This document shows positions 12,451-25,996 of a stretch of 64,000 bases of DNA, one piece after another. The position numbers and the translations under genes are program-made. How positions within the stretch are numbered: position 1 is the stretch's first letter; every line of letters begins with the position of its first letter. Source of the stretch: Camelus dromedarius (taxonomy: Eukaryota); contig NC_087436.1 in NCBI RefSeq assembly GCF_036321535.1, positions 8,494,001 to 8,558,000 of the forward strand, in the 5' to 3' direction. Under the pieces are notes generated by a model. It had not been told where the DNA came from. It ran no database searches and worked only from the letters and a program-made list of their open reading frames with translations.

Positions 12451-13158
12451 AAAATAAATATGGCCTGATTTGTTTAATAAAACCCCTTGACTAATGTGCT
12501 CATAAGTTGTGGCTTACAGCCTACCACATCATCCTTCCAAATACATGTGACAGTGCAGCAGCCTGTCCTCTTTTGTTTTGTTTTTCTCCATGACTCTAGA
12601 ATACACGGTCAATGACAAATGTTAAGAAATATTATTTTTCTAATATGAACCTTGGAGGGTTATGAAAAAACAAAGTTGAGATTAAGGATAAGATTTTTAT
12701 CCAAGTTATTTTGTCTTAGCAAAATATCGGTTCCCACAGTCAGACTTCAGTAAACAGAATCTTCAGAGACACAGCTCAGTGAGTTGTCACTTCGGTAGGA
12801 ATGTTCTTATGTAAGCATTCTTCCTTGAGTTTAGCAGAATCCCCAGAAATGAGTAATATCATAGAAATGGCTGCTCAACAGATTTCACGCGTTTGACTTG
12901 CCTGCAGGCCTGGCTTACTCCTTAGAAAGAAGGGAGAGGACTGATTGCCACACCATAGGTATTGTCAGTTCAAAGTCCCTTTCTGAGTTTGCTTAGAATT
13001 TTAATGTTGACCTATTCATTCTCTGCAGTACAAGTTTTTCTCTTTGAAAAGTTTTCCTCTCTCTTGTTTACCCCCACACACTTTCACATATTTTAGAGAA
13101 CTCTATAATAACCATTATTTTAGTAGTTAACGTTTACTGAGCATTTACTATACGCCAC

Positions 13159-13161
<3 letters not shown>

Positions 13162-13203
<42 letters not shown>
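13162..13203. repeat. (TA)n microsatellite within a probable MIR remnant
   Basis: TA run flanked by 'taacgtttactgagcatttactat' and 'ataaatgaggaaacggaatc'. Confidence 0.85.
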
Positions 13204-13399
13204 GCTTATTTAATATTTACATCAACACGTTCAGAAGTTTATAAATGAGGAAACGGAATCATAAAGAGGCTGTAGCCCATTTTTCTGACTGTTAAGCTAT
13301 TATGTCATCCTATCATATCTACCTTGCTAATTTGCTACAATGCTGAGTTTTCAAATCTGCAAACTACGTTTCTTAATATAGCTGCCTTCTTACATGCTG

Positions 13400-13884
13400 A
13401 CAATAGGGGGCAGCACGAGAAGGAAACTGAAAGACAACAAAGGGAAGAAGTGTCTCTCTTCTTCCTGAGCGTCTGCTGTCCTTGTCACCATCACCTCAAC
13501 GGCGGCACTGTCCTTCAGTACCAGCGGTCAGTTCCAGCCTCCAGATCTGCTTTGTTCTCCCAGAACCAGCGTCACTGAAACGCCTCGGGTACCAGCAGCG
13601 GCAGTGCACACCCCTTCCTGAGAGGTCTGAGTTTCTGTTCTACAGGACCAGTCTTCTGACAGTCGTTATGACAATCCCAACTCTTTCCCGTCATTTCCCA
13701 GATGTAAGTGTGATAGATTCTCCTTGCAGTTATTATTTGTGGCTTACCTCAGCATTTTTGTTTCTGTTTTTGGTTTTTACACATTCAGTTTATTCAGCAC
13801 CTGTATAACCAATTCCCTGCTAAATTCCCTCATTTCAAATACCCAGTTTGGTTTCTGTTTTTCCTGCCAAGTCCCTGACTGATT
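13400..13884 (+). mobile_element. Old ERVL-type LTR remnant (LTR16/LTR33-like)
   Basis: 3' end 'aaattccct...aaatacccagtttggtttctgttttcctg...ccctgactgat' resembles ERVL LTR termini; 5' boundary uncertain. Confidence 0.4.
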
Positions 13885-14364
13885 AGCTCCCTTGGCTCAT
13901 TTCTTTGCAATGTTAGATCTCTTCATTTAGCTCCCGTGAATGGGGAAAATGGAACTGTACATTTTAATATTTTTGAATTATTATTGGTAGAAATGAGAAA
14001 TTCAATTGCCTCTCACATCCCAGATGAGAATAATGCCTAACCAAGTAAAGCTGCCATTTGCTTGTGACCGTCTGAGAGCTGACAATGCCTAAGCCTTCTA
14101 GAATGGAGAATTGGGAGGCAGCATGCCTTTATGCCCAGATCTCTGTGCTTCTTGGTCTCCTGGGTTCTGAACCCACACCAGGTGTGCTGAGAACCTGCCA
14201 CAAATGTTTAACTCTCCATCAATCAAGATCTAAAGCATGCCTATATCCACATTTCCCTTACCAACAAACCTCCCTTGTATACCATCCCATTTTTGAAAAA
14301 CTCTGAACCGGCATCCAAGATTCAAAAGAAAATTAGGCATTACCCAGCATATTAATTCATACAA

Positions 14365-14366
<2 letters not shown>

Positions 14367-14419
<53 letters not shown>
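14367..14419. repeat. (TG)n microsatellite
   Basis: Perfect TG run. Confidence 0.95.
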
Positions 14420-14421
<2 letters not shown>

Positions 14422-14554
14422 ATGCGTGTGCATGCACTGGGAGAGGAATGGTAATTCTACGTGCCTAATAATCTTTAACCAGTCCAGCAGAACCACCTGA
14501 CTTAACCACACTGCACAGAATTGCTTTGTCATTTACTAGTCTTGGGATTTTTTA

Positions 14555-14700
14555 AAATAAAGTACTTAAGCACCATGTACCCCAGTTTCTTCATCTCTAA
14601 AATGGGAGTTTTCAAAGTATGCAACTCAAGGATTATGGGAAATTAAGCGAGTCAATAAATATAAAATTATTAGAATGGCATTGTCACATGGCAATTGTGA
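14555..14700 (+). mobile_element. MIR SINE core
   Basis: 'aagtacttaagc...cccagtttcttcatctctaaaatggga...ggattatgggaaattaag'. Confidence 0.6.
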
Positions 14701-15979
14701 AATGACCACCAGCTAGTTTTGTTGCTATTATTCCCAACACAGACTGGACTGCACCCTAAACTGACATACCCTGGAAACCTATGCACTCAAAAAAAATCAT
14801 GTATTCTAAAACATGCATGTAGGAAATTTCCAGAAGGTAGAAATAGTTTGCCCAGAAATATGAAAAGTGCAAACTTATCAGACAATTTCTCGCTTATATA
14901 TAAACCAGTTTATTCATTGGGTAGACCTAGCTTATGCATTACTACTTCACAGCTCTGGGCAACAAAGCCTCTTGAAGAAAGGGTAGTGTGAAAACACTGT
15001 CTTTGCCTCCTTACCCCTCACTCTTCCTTACCAAGCACTCTTGGAAGAAGTGTGAAGGCAGATGCCAAGGCATAAACACTTGTAGAAAACAACAGCAGAT
15101 AAAGGAAGGTTGCTGTGTTGTTTGTTACATTTAGACACATTGCTTAATCATGTAGAGTATTTTTCTAGTTCCTTGGCAGGAAATTGAGAACCACCCTCCA
15201 CGCGGGGCTTCCACCCAACGTGTATTCCATTGCCAGGTCTTTCCCGTCTTGGATTTCTCTGACACTTGCATTTCATACATGTAAGCTGCCTTTTACTGGA
15301 ATTTCATACATGTAGACTTTTACTTTTGAAAGCATTTTTATATCCTTTACTCAAAGGTATCTCATTTATCTTCCCCACTATGAGAAGTAGAGTTGAATCC
15401 CAGAAGTGGAATGCCTGAAGGTCTTGGTTGAGCCAAGTCTGAACTAGGTCTCCTGAACCTTAGCCTAATGTCTTTCCCTTAACATCTAGGTTGGAGGTAT
15501 CCATTCATTCTTTCCTAGGGCAAGGGTCTTCAACTTTGGTTAGGTTCACATAGGATGAAAAATTGGTAATAAGCGAATGTTAAGTATTAAAAGAAGCTGA
15601 ATTTGGGACAGTGACAAGTGCGGGGTCTGTTTAGCAGACGTGCTGTGCACATTGCAGGTCTGTGACACTATCTCTGGTCATCTAGGTGGAAAGGACCCAA
15701 GTAATTCAGGCTGATCCAGCTTAGCTGAGACCTCTCTGTGGGTTAAAGGACTGAACACTTAGTTCAGAAGAAATCTTTCAGGATGTTGGAGAAACAGAGA
15801 TTGGAGAAAATGCATTACCAAACCTCAGCTTTGTCAGTCAGGTTCCCATCATGGGATACCGCAGTCACTTTTGTCTGTTTTAATGAAAATACTATTTTCT
15901 GCTAAAAGTATGAGAAATATATATCTGAACGTGCTACAACGTGGCAGAGACACATAGAACATGCAGCATCAGGTCTACC

Positions 15980-16498
15980 TGTTACCAAGTCCAAACTCGT
16001 TCTGCTCACTGCACAACAGGCCCATAAATCAGGAGACAAAGTGTTGGGGCAAGGAATAGTGACTTTATTCAGAAAGCCAGCAGATCCAGAAGATGGCAGA
16101 CTGATGACCTAGAGAACCATCTTCCCCAAGTCAGAATTTAGGCTCCTTTTATACTAAAAAGGAGAGGGATATGTTTGGTTGTTGGTAACATCTTGGTGTA
16201 GGAATCCTTTGTTCTTGCAGCTGTCCATATGGGTCAAGTCACGGAGCCCCTGTAAACCTCCAGCCAAACAAACGTGATTTTCTAATCTACAACTTGTTAT
16301 CTTTATATGAATCCAAAAGTGTTAATGTCCTTAAAGGTCAGAGACCTGAGGAGGGCTCTCCTGTATATTTCAGGCTCTAGGCGACATTTCTTTACAAAAG
16401 GTGCAGAGCTAGCAAGACTGAGCCTAGAAAACAGGGCACAGGGTTAAAGTCAAAGAAACAGAACTAATACGGAGTCAGATTTGTTCTTCTCTGTTACA
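15980..16498 (-). mobile_element. ERV1-type solo LTR, family A copy 1
   Basis: TG...CA ends (tgttacc...tgttaca); minus-strand AATAAA ('gactttattc'); 4-bp flanks tacc/cacc; highly similar to other copies in the window. Confidence 0.9.
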
Positions 16499-18163
16499 CA
16501 CCCACATCTAGTCCCAGGGCATCGCCAACTGTGTTTCTATTTCAGAAGGGAAAACTCTGAAAGCAGGCAGTGGAGACACAAAAGGGCAGGATAGATACAA
16601 AGAGGAAATTTGGTGAGGGTGGTCCTAGAAATCCCTATTTTTCTGATGCTGTCTCCTTCACCTCTTCCTTCACTTATACCCTCTCTACCCTCCCTCTCTC
16701 TACGTATCTAAAACTCTCTGTGTAACTGAAAGCACTTTTGCTTCACAAAATTTAATAATATTTTGGTTGACAGAACAGCATGTCCACGACATAACTTTTT
16801 TCTACATTTACTCATTTCTTCAGAACAGCAACCAACATGCTCCAAAGAAAAACAAATGAACAAACAACCCAGAGGGTGGGGGTGGAAGAATTTACAGGGA
16901 TTCCACATTTCCTAAATGATACTTTTTTTGTTCTTGTTTGTTACTAATTCATAAATGTGCCTCAGTCCATCCCTGTCAAATCATCATTTCTAGCAACTTT
17001 ACCACAAACACTTCTGTTCCTGTGAACATTAAAACCAAGAAACTCCAAGATTTAGGTTTATATATTTTAAAAAAATCCCAAAACAAAAAAACAAAAACCA
17101 GAAAAACAGAAGAAATCGTCCCGCTTTATGCCATTGCATTTTTTAAACAAAACTCAATTTATCAATTCGAGAGAGGGGAGAACATAAAAGTAAAGGATGT
17201 TGCCATAAAAGTTGGAAATATATCCTCCATAATAGCTTCTGGGGCCGATCTGCATAGCAAGTTCTTGGTTGTTTATTCAGCATGAAAGCTAATAAATCTA
17301 TTTGTGAGAACCCCTAAAAGGCAATCATTTTCAGAAAAGAGTGAATTCTGGCAAAAGCTATTGTTTCAGCAAATCCAAATGACAAGAGCTTTAATATGAC
17401 GACATTTGCTGTTCCGAGGGCACAGTACATTCTGGAATCATAAAAGTAGCAACACATTCTGTGTGGCAAAACATACTGTGTTTAAATCTGTCCAACTGAA
17501 ACACGCCGCTAATGGTTATGCGCTCTATAGGAAGACGAGGAAGCATGACAAATTATAAACCTACACAGATCTTGGAAAGTTGCAAGAAAATCTTCATTTT
17601 CTTTACTTACTTTTTCTTTTCATCTGTTTTGGTTACACAGCCTCTCCAAAGTCAGTTAGAAAAATCTCTCAAGAGCTTTCTCGCTCCGTGTTTCTACTTT
17701 TCTTTAGAGGAGATGCATTAACTTTTCCGAGAACAATTTTCAACTCTGTTGGAAGTATCAAATAAAATATAATAATTTTAAAATCTGAATTAAAATAAAT
17801 AATTTTTTCTTTTTGCTCCGTGTAAAATGTACTGATTCATGATGCCTAGAAATGTGAAATTCAGTTGACATTTAATTTACTTCTTCAGTTTCTTCTGTTT
17901 GTCTCTGGGATACAGGTACTGAATGTTGTGGAAAATGAAAAGTTGATAGTCTTTGCCCAGAAGTTTACGATCTAAGAATAAAAATTTGAGACAGGTAGAG
18001 TTACAATAAGAAAGCTGTAGCAAAGTGAAGTAAACATTGGAGGAGGTAAGGCAGTTCAAAGGAAAAACAATATACTGTGAACTTGGAGGTGGAGACAAAC
18101 AGTTGTGTTTATTTAAGGACAGCCAGTCTCGCAGGTGGCGAGCGGCGAGGTAACCACCATTAT

Positions 18164-18636
18164 CGTTGCCCAAGGTAAGTCTGTGTGCCCGCTGCACCTT
18201 GAGGCCAAACAAACTGAAACATCGAAGTTTGGAGCAGAGAAAGGTTCAGCAGGGCCGAGCGAGGAGGACAGGGTGGCTCATGCCCAAGAAAACCCTGAAC
18301 TCTCTGAAGGGTTTCAGCAAAGCCTGTTTGAGGGCAGGTGGGGTGGGCGGGGGTCAAAGGGTACGTGAAGTTCATGCACAGTCCTCTGATTGGTTGATAT
18401 CAAGGGAACAGGGTGGTTAACACCATCAACCCTCAGGCACCAGAAGGTCTGGGGGCCACATGCTCTCCGTCATCAAGTAGTTCATTTCTTCCCTTTGGTG
18501 GTGGTTTTCAGCATCTGAAACACTCAGAAAATTACATGAGATACTATGATCTGGGTGCTTCAGAGAGGAGCTGCAGCAGAGGGCATGGGGGAGGGGTCTG
18601 GTCCCGGAAGGCCCCCCAGGGTCCCGCTTGGTTACG
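18164..18636 (-). mobile_element. ERV1-type solo LTR, family B
   Basis: Perfect 4-bp TSD ttat (18160-63, 18637-40); degenerate ends cgttgcc...ggttacg; 'gaggccaaacaaactgaaacatcgaagtttggagcagagaaagg' recalled as an artiodactyl ERV1 LTR motif. Confidence 0.8.
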
Positions 18637-18873
18637 TTATGGTGGGCTTAGATTTTTTTTTTTTTTTTCATAGTGGATTTATAGAGCTAGCTTCTTGTTT
18701 GGGCTCTCGAATTACTTCCTCTATCCATAATTCAGAGAATGGCCAGGAAAACACAATGTCTTTGAAGGCATGTCTTCACACACTGTAATCTCACTCCCTT
18801 TCTTGCTGTCACATTTAATCTCAAACTGTCCATCATTCCTTTAAAGTTTCTAATATGTGAATCCACCATTCTT

Positions 18874-19181
18874 CTTTTTTTTTAAAATTTTTTATTGAAT
18901 TGTAGTTGATTTACAATGTGAGTTTCAGGTGTACAGCAAAGTGATTCAGTTATACAGATACATACATACATATACACATATTTTCTTTTCAGATTCCTTT
19001 CCATTATATGTTATTACAAGAAATTAAATACAGTCCCCTGTGCTATACAGTAGGTCCTTGTTCTTTATCTCTTTTATATATGTAGTGTGTGTCTGTTAAT
19101 CTCAAACTCCTAATTTATCTTTCCCTCTCCCTTTCCCCTTTGGTAACCATAGTTTGTTTTTTATGCCCATGAGTCTGTTTT
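18874..19181 (-). mobile_element. L1 3' UTR end (3' part of SINE-L1 chimera)
   Basis: Poly-T, then 'tttattgaattgtagttgatttacaatg...caggtgtacagcaaagtgattcag...tggtaaccata...gagtctgttt'. Confidence 0.88.
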
Positions 19182-19192
19182 TAAAGTGGCAG

Positions 19193-19328
19193 TTTCTTTC
19201 TTTCTTTTTTTTTTTTAATTATGGGGGAGAGGTAATTAAGCTTATTTATGTATTTTTTAATGGAGGATTGAACCCAGGACCTCATGTATGCTAAGCATGT
19301 GCTCTACCACTGAGCTCTACCCTCCCGC
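19193..19328 (-). mobile_element. tRNA-derived camelid SINE (Vic-1-like), 5' part of chimera
   Basis: Reverse complement reads 'gggagggtagagctcagtggtagagc...gaggtcctgggttcaatcctcc...aattacctctcccc' plus A tail, with Pol III A and B boxes. Confidence 0.9.
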
Positions 19329-21949
19329 TGTGAATCCTCCATTCTTAAAGGGTCCACTTTTCCCAGCAGATAATCAGGCCTGATTTCCTGCGACCCATTT
19401 TCTCCATGTGAAATGCCCGGTTTTCTCCGCTCTGTCTATTCAAATCCTGTCACTGGGGTCTAGGTCTACCTCTTCCACGGTTCTGACTTTGTCCTCTCCA
19501 GATCTCAATTCCTCATTTACACCAAGGTTTGCCTTCTGGACTGTCAGCTCCTGTTCCTGTTTCTCCCTCCATTTAAAGATGTGCCACTTTTGGAAATCTA
19601 TGATGTATTACTTGCCTACATCTTTCCAAATGCCCTGAATCGATATTCTCAAAGCCCATCCTGTGTGATGAAATGACAAATGAGTGTGCTGTGTTTCACA
19701 GACAAGTTCTTCTATGAACAAATACATTAAATATAAGTGATGGGTTCATAAAAATAAGTGAGGTTTGATCTACTTTAAACCTTCTGTTTTTCTCCTTACA
19801 AAAGGATTTGGTATATAAAATCTGGCTCTAAAAAAGATTTCCACTGGAACGGTTTTCCTAATTTTTCTCCACTCAATTCTATCCTAATTAATGTGAAGAG
19901 AGGGGTGGGTTCCTCGCTAACAATTTTCAGTTGAAGTAATACCAGTGAGAATAGGGCGTATTCTCCTGAATACAAGCAGACACACGTACACACACATTGA
20001 ATTCAGCTAAAATATTTTAATGGTTTTGTTAGGTTATTTTTTTTCTTACAGTAAATCTATGTTAAGTAATGAATAACATTATTTTTCCCCCAGCTCATAG
20101 GAATTATTCCTGTCTCAAATAGATTTGTATAGCAATTCTCAAGTTTCACTTAACATTACAATTCAAACTCGTTAATATGTCTTTCATCCAGCTTTTCCAT
20201 AGCCATCCTTCTCTGGACACAACTCAAATTTCTTGCAGCTTTAAAAATATGACCTATCTTTCTCATCAATCTTGTCACTTTTCTCTCTTCTCTCTGCCTG
20301 GCATTCTTCCCATTTTTTCCCCCCTAATTGCTAACTTCAAAGCTCTTTTCAAGAGTTGCCTTCTATTTGTGAATGTCACGATGTACTCCTTTGCTCAGTC
20401 TACACTCTGCCTACTTCTCTTGGGGTCCTGAAGTTCCCAGAATGTGTTGACACTGCACATCATGGGCTGTAAAGTGGGTCTCATGCAAAGAGAATGATCC
20501 GAGTCATCTGTGGATTAGAGACCAGAGCCAGAGGTGGAGCGATACCAGATCCTCAGAAACAAACTCTGCTGCTGGTGCTGAATATAAGCTATGTTGAATG
20601 CTTGAGGAAGAATGAAGTTCAAAAAATTTGGAAGCTTAAATTTCCACAAAGAGGGGATTTAGAAGTTACCCTCTGAAGTAATTATAATAGGGATTTGTGG
20701 GCTTCTGTACACCATGGTTTCCCAGGAGAGCGTCAAATAAGGTGCTATAGGGAAACGCAGGGTCGCCCAGTTGCCCAGCCAGAGACTTTACATCTGTCCT
20801 GTTCCCAGTACCTGTCCTTTGTACCTAGTTCTAAAAACACATAGAGTTCTGCACGTGGAAATAGGCAATTGCAATGTCTACAGAAAACTTTTAAGGTTTT
20901 TATGACTAACTTGGTACTTATAATAATGATTAATAACAAACAGTACAAGTTCACATCATTATGAAGCTTAAAGTTTGAGAAGTCAAAACCTGGAAAAAAA
21001 TTTTTTAATCAAATCAGTTTAATAGAAAAGGAAAATTCAGTGCAATACAAAATACTTCCATAACCTTGCTGGTGGCTAGAAGAAAGAACAGGAAAAAGAT
21101 TTATCATTCTTCCCTCTTTTCTACCTACTGCTTGGCCTTTCCACTCATCCAACAGATTAATAACTCTAAAGAAGTTTCTGCCTGTACCCAGATTCAGCCC
21201 ACATCTCAACTAATTTATCAAAAGCAAAGTTAGTTGGTGTAGCCTGTAACCAGTGACTCGTACTTGGAAGGTGGAGACAGTCTCAAGTCTACTTGTGTTT
21301 ACTGTAGTCTGTCCACATTGTTTTTCAAACATTCTTTCCTGTTTCAAGGTTCCACTTTACCCTGTAAGTTTCACTTCTTCTTGAAGGCTTTCATGTGGAA
21401 TACTTACATTAGGAAAATTAATTTTTATTTTATATTTATATCAAACATTATTGAGATCGTATTTAAAATTATATGTTCTATGCTGATGGATTAGTTTTAT
21501 GGATGAAACCACCAGGACCCTTTTCTTGATCTTCACATTCTGTTGATGATTTCAATGTCTATTATCCCAAAGAAATTAAAGGTTTAAGAAGAAAACTCAG
21601 CTTTTCCCCACACTCTCCAGCATCTGCACACATACTCCACCTTTCTCCCAATACTCAGGTCCTTCCACTGTGTTCTACATCCTACCTGTTCAAGTATATA
21701 CCTTTAGCAATTTTCCTTTGTCTCTTTTAATTGTAATAAAAATTCTCTATATTAGATCATTCCAATCACCTTCCATAATGATGCTATTTCTCCTTATTAA
21801 AAAAAAAAACAATGAAAGCAATTTTGAAAATGAAGTTTTAGCAAATGAAAGCAAAACTAGCCACTAACCCATTTCACTACCTGGATGTCTTTGAAAGAGT
21901 CGTTGATTCCAATTTTGCTCTTCTATTCTCTTTTTTTAAAGTTTGTCTC

Positions 21950-22086
21950 TCTTTTTGTTTTTTGGGAACAGGAGGTAATTAGTTTTATTGGTTTATTGTT
22001 TGTCTTTGGAGGAAGTACTGGGGATTGAACCCAGGACCTTGTGCATGCCAACCACCCAGTCTGCCACTTGAGCTATAGCCTCCTCC
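21950..22086 (-). mobile_element. tRNA-derived camelid SINE (Vic-1-like)
   Basis: 'ggaggtaattag...gtactggggattgaacccaggacctt...gagctatagcctcc'. Confidence 0.88.
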
Positions 22087-22944
22087 TTCATTCTTTCTTA
22101 ATCCCAGTTAAATCAGGCTTTGAAACTCACCTCTGTACCAACGCTGTTCTCCTCAAGAAGAACAATATCATCCCCATTGATAAATTCTCCTCTCAGTTCT
22201 CAATAGAATGTCTTACATAACGTTTGAGCCAAGTTGGATATATTTAACACTACTGATAGCCGTATTTCACATAGTTTGCAGAATACCACATTACATCATT
22301 TTTCAACTAATTCACTTCTCTTTTTCTGGTTCCTTCTATTTCTTTCAAGACTGCTTAGTGTTAATTCTTGGTCCTCTTCTTTCCCTATTTATAACTAATC
22401 TCTTGATTTCATTGGTTCCATGCTTTAAAATATGGCAAAAGCTAACAATTTACAAAATGATATCACTAGCTTGTGTATCAAATAAACATCTCCAAGTCAA
22501 CAAATCAAAAATTTAACTCCCAATTTTTTCTTCCAGGCCTGCTCCCCCATAGTCTTCCCAATTTCTGTTGATAATAACTTCAGCCTCTCATTCACTCAAT
22601 CAGAAAAATCCTGAAGTCATTTTTTCCTCTCACCTGCCACATTCATCCAGAAATCTTATCACCTCGATTTCCACCATTTCTCTTAGTCTCTTTACCTCTT
22701 CATCTGTTAACCCTGGTCTAAGCTGTTGTTGTATCAAGTTGTGATTGCTGCCACAACCACTGGATCTCAATTTCTACCCATGTCTCTACAATCTGTTCTT
22801 AAGATAGTTGCAGCTGTGGTCCTGTAAAATATGAGATAATTTTTGTCTCTTCCTTGGCCAAAACCAAGCAATGAGCCTCCATTTCCCTCAGAGTAAAGGA
22901 CAAAGACCTTACCATGATCTATAGTGCCTTGCAAGATCTGGCTC

Positions 22945-23318
22945 TGCCCTGAATTGAATTTTATCAACCCTCCAAAACCCATATGTTGAATTCCCTCCAA
23001 AGTGATGATGTTTGGAGGTGAAGCCTTTGGGAGATAATTGGGTTTACATGAGATCATGTGGGTAGGGCCCTCATGATGGAATTAGTGTCTTTGTAAGAGG
23101 AGATACCACAGAACTTGCTCTTTGTCTCTCAGCCATGGGAGGACACAGAAAGAAGAAAGACATTTGAAAGCCAGGAAGAGCACGTTCATCAGAACTCAAC
23201 AATGCTGGCTCCCTGATCTCGGATTTTCAATCTCCAAAACTGTAAGAAAATACATTTCTGTTGTTTAAACCATCCAGTCTATGGTCCTTTGTTAAGAGGG
23301 GCCAAACTGACTAGCACA
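22945..23318 (+). mobile_element. MaLR solo LTR, MLT1A-like
   Basis: 'catatgttgaa...tttggaggtgaagcctttgggagataattgggttt...ccctcatgatggaattagtg...atttctgttgtttaa'. Confidence 0.85.
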
Positions 23319-23613
23319 GACTTTTATTACCTTTCTGACTTGACTTTCTTTTATCTCCTTGACTCCAGCCAGAGTCTCCTTTTTCTTTCTGAAACCACAA
23401 GTGAGATCCTGCATTAGAATCTAGTTTTACCTATACCCTCTGCCTGAAATAGGCTTTTGGAAGACATTCACTTACTACAAGATTTCATCTCTTTCAAGTC
23501 ACTTTTTAGATCACAGTTTCTTAGCAATCAATCCCACCTGCCCTATTTCATACTACAATTAGCCACCACATCTACCCTGCCCTGAGATTCTCCTCTCTTC
23601 TTATCCTGCTCTA

Positions 23614-24174
23614 CTGTTTTTAATTGAAGTACAATTAGTTACAATGTGTCAATTTCTGGTGTACAGCATAATATCACAGTCATGTATATACATACATATA
23701 TTCATTTTTATATTATTTTTCATTAAAGGTTATTATAAGATATTGAATATAATTCTCTATGCTATGCAGAAGAAAACTGGTTTTTCTCTATTTTTATATA
23801 TAGTGGTTAACATTTGCAAATCTCAAACTCCCAAATATATCCCTTCCCACTGCTTTTCCTCCAGTAACCATAAGATTGTTTACTATGTCTGCGAGTCTGT
23901 TTCTTTTGTAGATGAGTTAATTAGTGTCCTCTTTTTTCTTTCTTTCTGTTTTCTCATTTGTTTATTTGTTTTTGTTTTTGTTTTTGATTCTGCATATGAG
24001 TGATATCATATGGTGTTTTTCCTTCTCTGTCTGGCTTGCTTCACTAAGAATGACAATCTCTAAGTCCATCCATGTTGCTGCAAATAGCATTATTTTATTC
24101 TTTATCATTGCTGAGTAGTATTCCATTGTATAAATATACCACATCTTCTTTATCCAGTACTCTGTCGATGGACC
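23614..24174 (-). mobile_element. 5'-truncated young L1 (ORF2 end plus 3' UTR) with TSD
   Basis: ORF 'MWYIYTMEYYSA...FAATWMDLEIVILSE.SQTEKEK.HMISLIC'; TSD core cctgctcta at 23605-13 and 24175-83. Confidence 0.9.
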
Positions 24175-25860
24175 CCTGCTCTATTTTAAATAGAACATAT
24201 TGTCTTCTAACTATAAGGTATCATTTACTAATTATGTTTATTATTAGATGCCATTCTCTGCTTACTAAATTGTAAGCATCACAAGAACAGGTTTTTTCCT
24301 TCTTTCCTTTTTTTTTCCCAGATGAACCCCAAATGTCTATAAGATAGTTACAGTTAAACTATAACCTTTATAGTTAAACTTCAGTGTATTTTATACTCTC
24401 TAAGGTATTTTTTTCCTGAGCACTCAGAACATTCACTTCATATGATAATTATTAATCTTTGAGCAGGTTTCATAGTCTCATTTCTTCCTGATATAATTTA
24501 TAATAAAATAAGTGTTTTATCTACTTCCAATCCTATTAACACTAAAACTTTTGTATGGAATTAGATTCTTTTTTCCTTAACATTTCTTTTGTTAATTAAT
24601 AAAACCTCATCCCTTTAGGTTATTTTCATTTGGAATGCTGAATTTGATGCTTCCCAAGATGTATATTCTGTAAAGGTCTTGAGTCCTCATCGTAAACCCC
24701 CTTGTAAAATATCACATACGTCTGTGATCAAGACAGAAACATCCCTATCCTCGATCTTGTATTCCAGCAGTCGTATTTCACACATCCCATAAGTACAAAT
24801 CCAGCTATTTGAGTTTCAAACACTAACGTTTTCTTTTGACACTCTTTCAATTCACAACTCTTGTATTAAAACTTTTTCTTGAAGGCTCTGTTTAAACATT
24901 CCCATGGTACCCATACTGTCTTCTCAAATTTATGAATTTTAACCTTTAATTTTTATCCTTTATGTTAAGATGTTTCCCTGAAACCTCCATATGGTTTATT
25001 TAAAACTTTCTCTTTCTTTTGATGGATTATCAGTTCCTTTCTTTCAAATGAGTTGATACACGTAAAATAACTTTGAAAGTAAATGCAAGTTTTTAACATT
25101 CAACCCCCTCTTTTCGCTTCAGACAAGATGTACCTTTACTTTGTTTCATCAGCACTTTAAAAACTTCTAGACTACAACAAAAGCTGTAAACTTTTTTTTG
25201 TAAGTACAATTTACTCCTTTACATTTCCATTATTTTGTGCAGTTTCTGTTTAGTTTGTTTGTTTGTTTGTTTGTTTGTTTTTCCTTTTACCTATTGCCTG
25301 TCCATTAGTGGGAATGAATCTAAACAGTTTTAGCCACACTGAGTAAATTCATTCTTCTGTGGAGTCAAGTCCCTGTCTGAGTGTGAATTAGGCACTTAGA
25401 GAGGGCCATTAGCACCTGCCATGCATGTGTGATGCTCAAAACAGCACTTGAGTGGCTCAAAAAATTTATGGACCTGATGCCAAAGAGAGTTACAGAGCTT
25501 GACTTCAGTACCCATGAGGAAGAGATAACAGGATCTTGAGACATTTTCTGATCCAGCTCCTTGCCTCCAGGAAGGCATATGTTGAAACTGTTCAGGACAG
25601 ATCATTTTCTAATTGCTGTTCTGGATCTTCCATGTTCATTTTCTTCTCTTGAAATTGCACAAAGCAGCCGCTGAAGTGTCACTCACCTGGTGCTTTTCTA
25701 ATAGTTCCTGCACAGAATGGTGGCCTTGCATCATCTTTATTGTTCTTACTTGTAAGTTTCCAACTATCAAAGGTTAATATATTTCACTACCCACTCTTTT
25801 AAGTTGAAATACGCTTACCATTCTACTGGTTTAAATTTAAATATCAAAGATAAACTAAGA

Positions 25861-25996
25861 GGGGGAGGGTATAGCTCAGGGGTAGAGTGTGTGCTTAATA
25901 TGCAGGAGGTCCTGGGTTCAATCTTTGGTACCTCCATGAAAATAAATGAATAAACAAACAAACCTAATTACCTCCTCCCACAAAAAAAAAAAAAAA
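25861..25996 (+). mobile_element. tRNA-derived camelid SINE (Vic-1-like), complete with TSD
   Basis: A box 'tagctcaggggtag', B box 'gggttcaatc', A tail; perfect 15-bp TSD aaagataaactaaga (25846-60, 25997-26011). Confidence 0.93.

Larger units (their letters stand above)
21500..24350 (+). mobile_element. L2 LINE 3' region hosting SINE, MLT1A and L1 insertions
   Basis: L2-typical segments 'aaacatctccaagtcaacaaatcaaaa', 'cctccatttccctcagagtaaagga', 'ctaaattgtaagcatcacaagaacagg'. Boundaries approximate. Confidence 0.6.

Noticed and set aside
25861..25935. Possible tRNA genes here and at 19.3, 22.0 and 48.9 kb
   Set aside because: tRNA-like heads continue into a shared SINE tail and poly(A), some with TSDs; these are SINEs.
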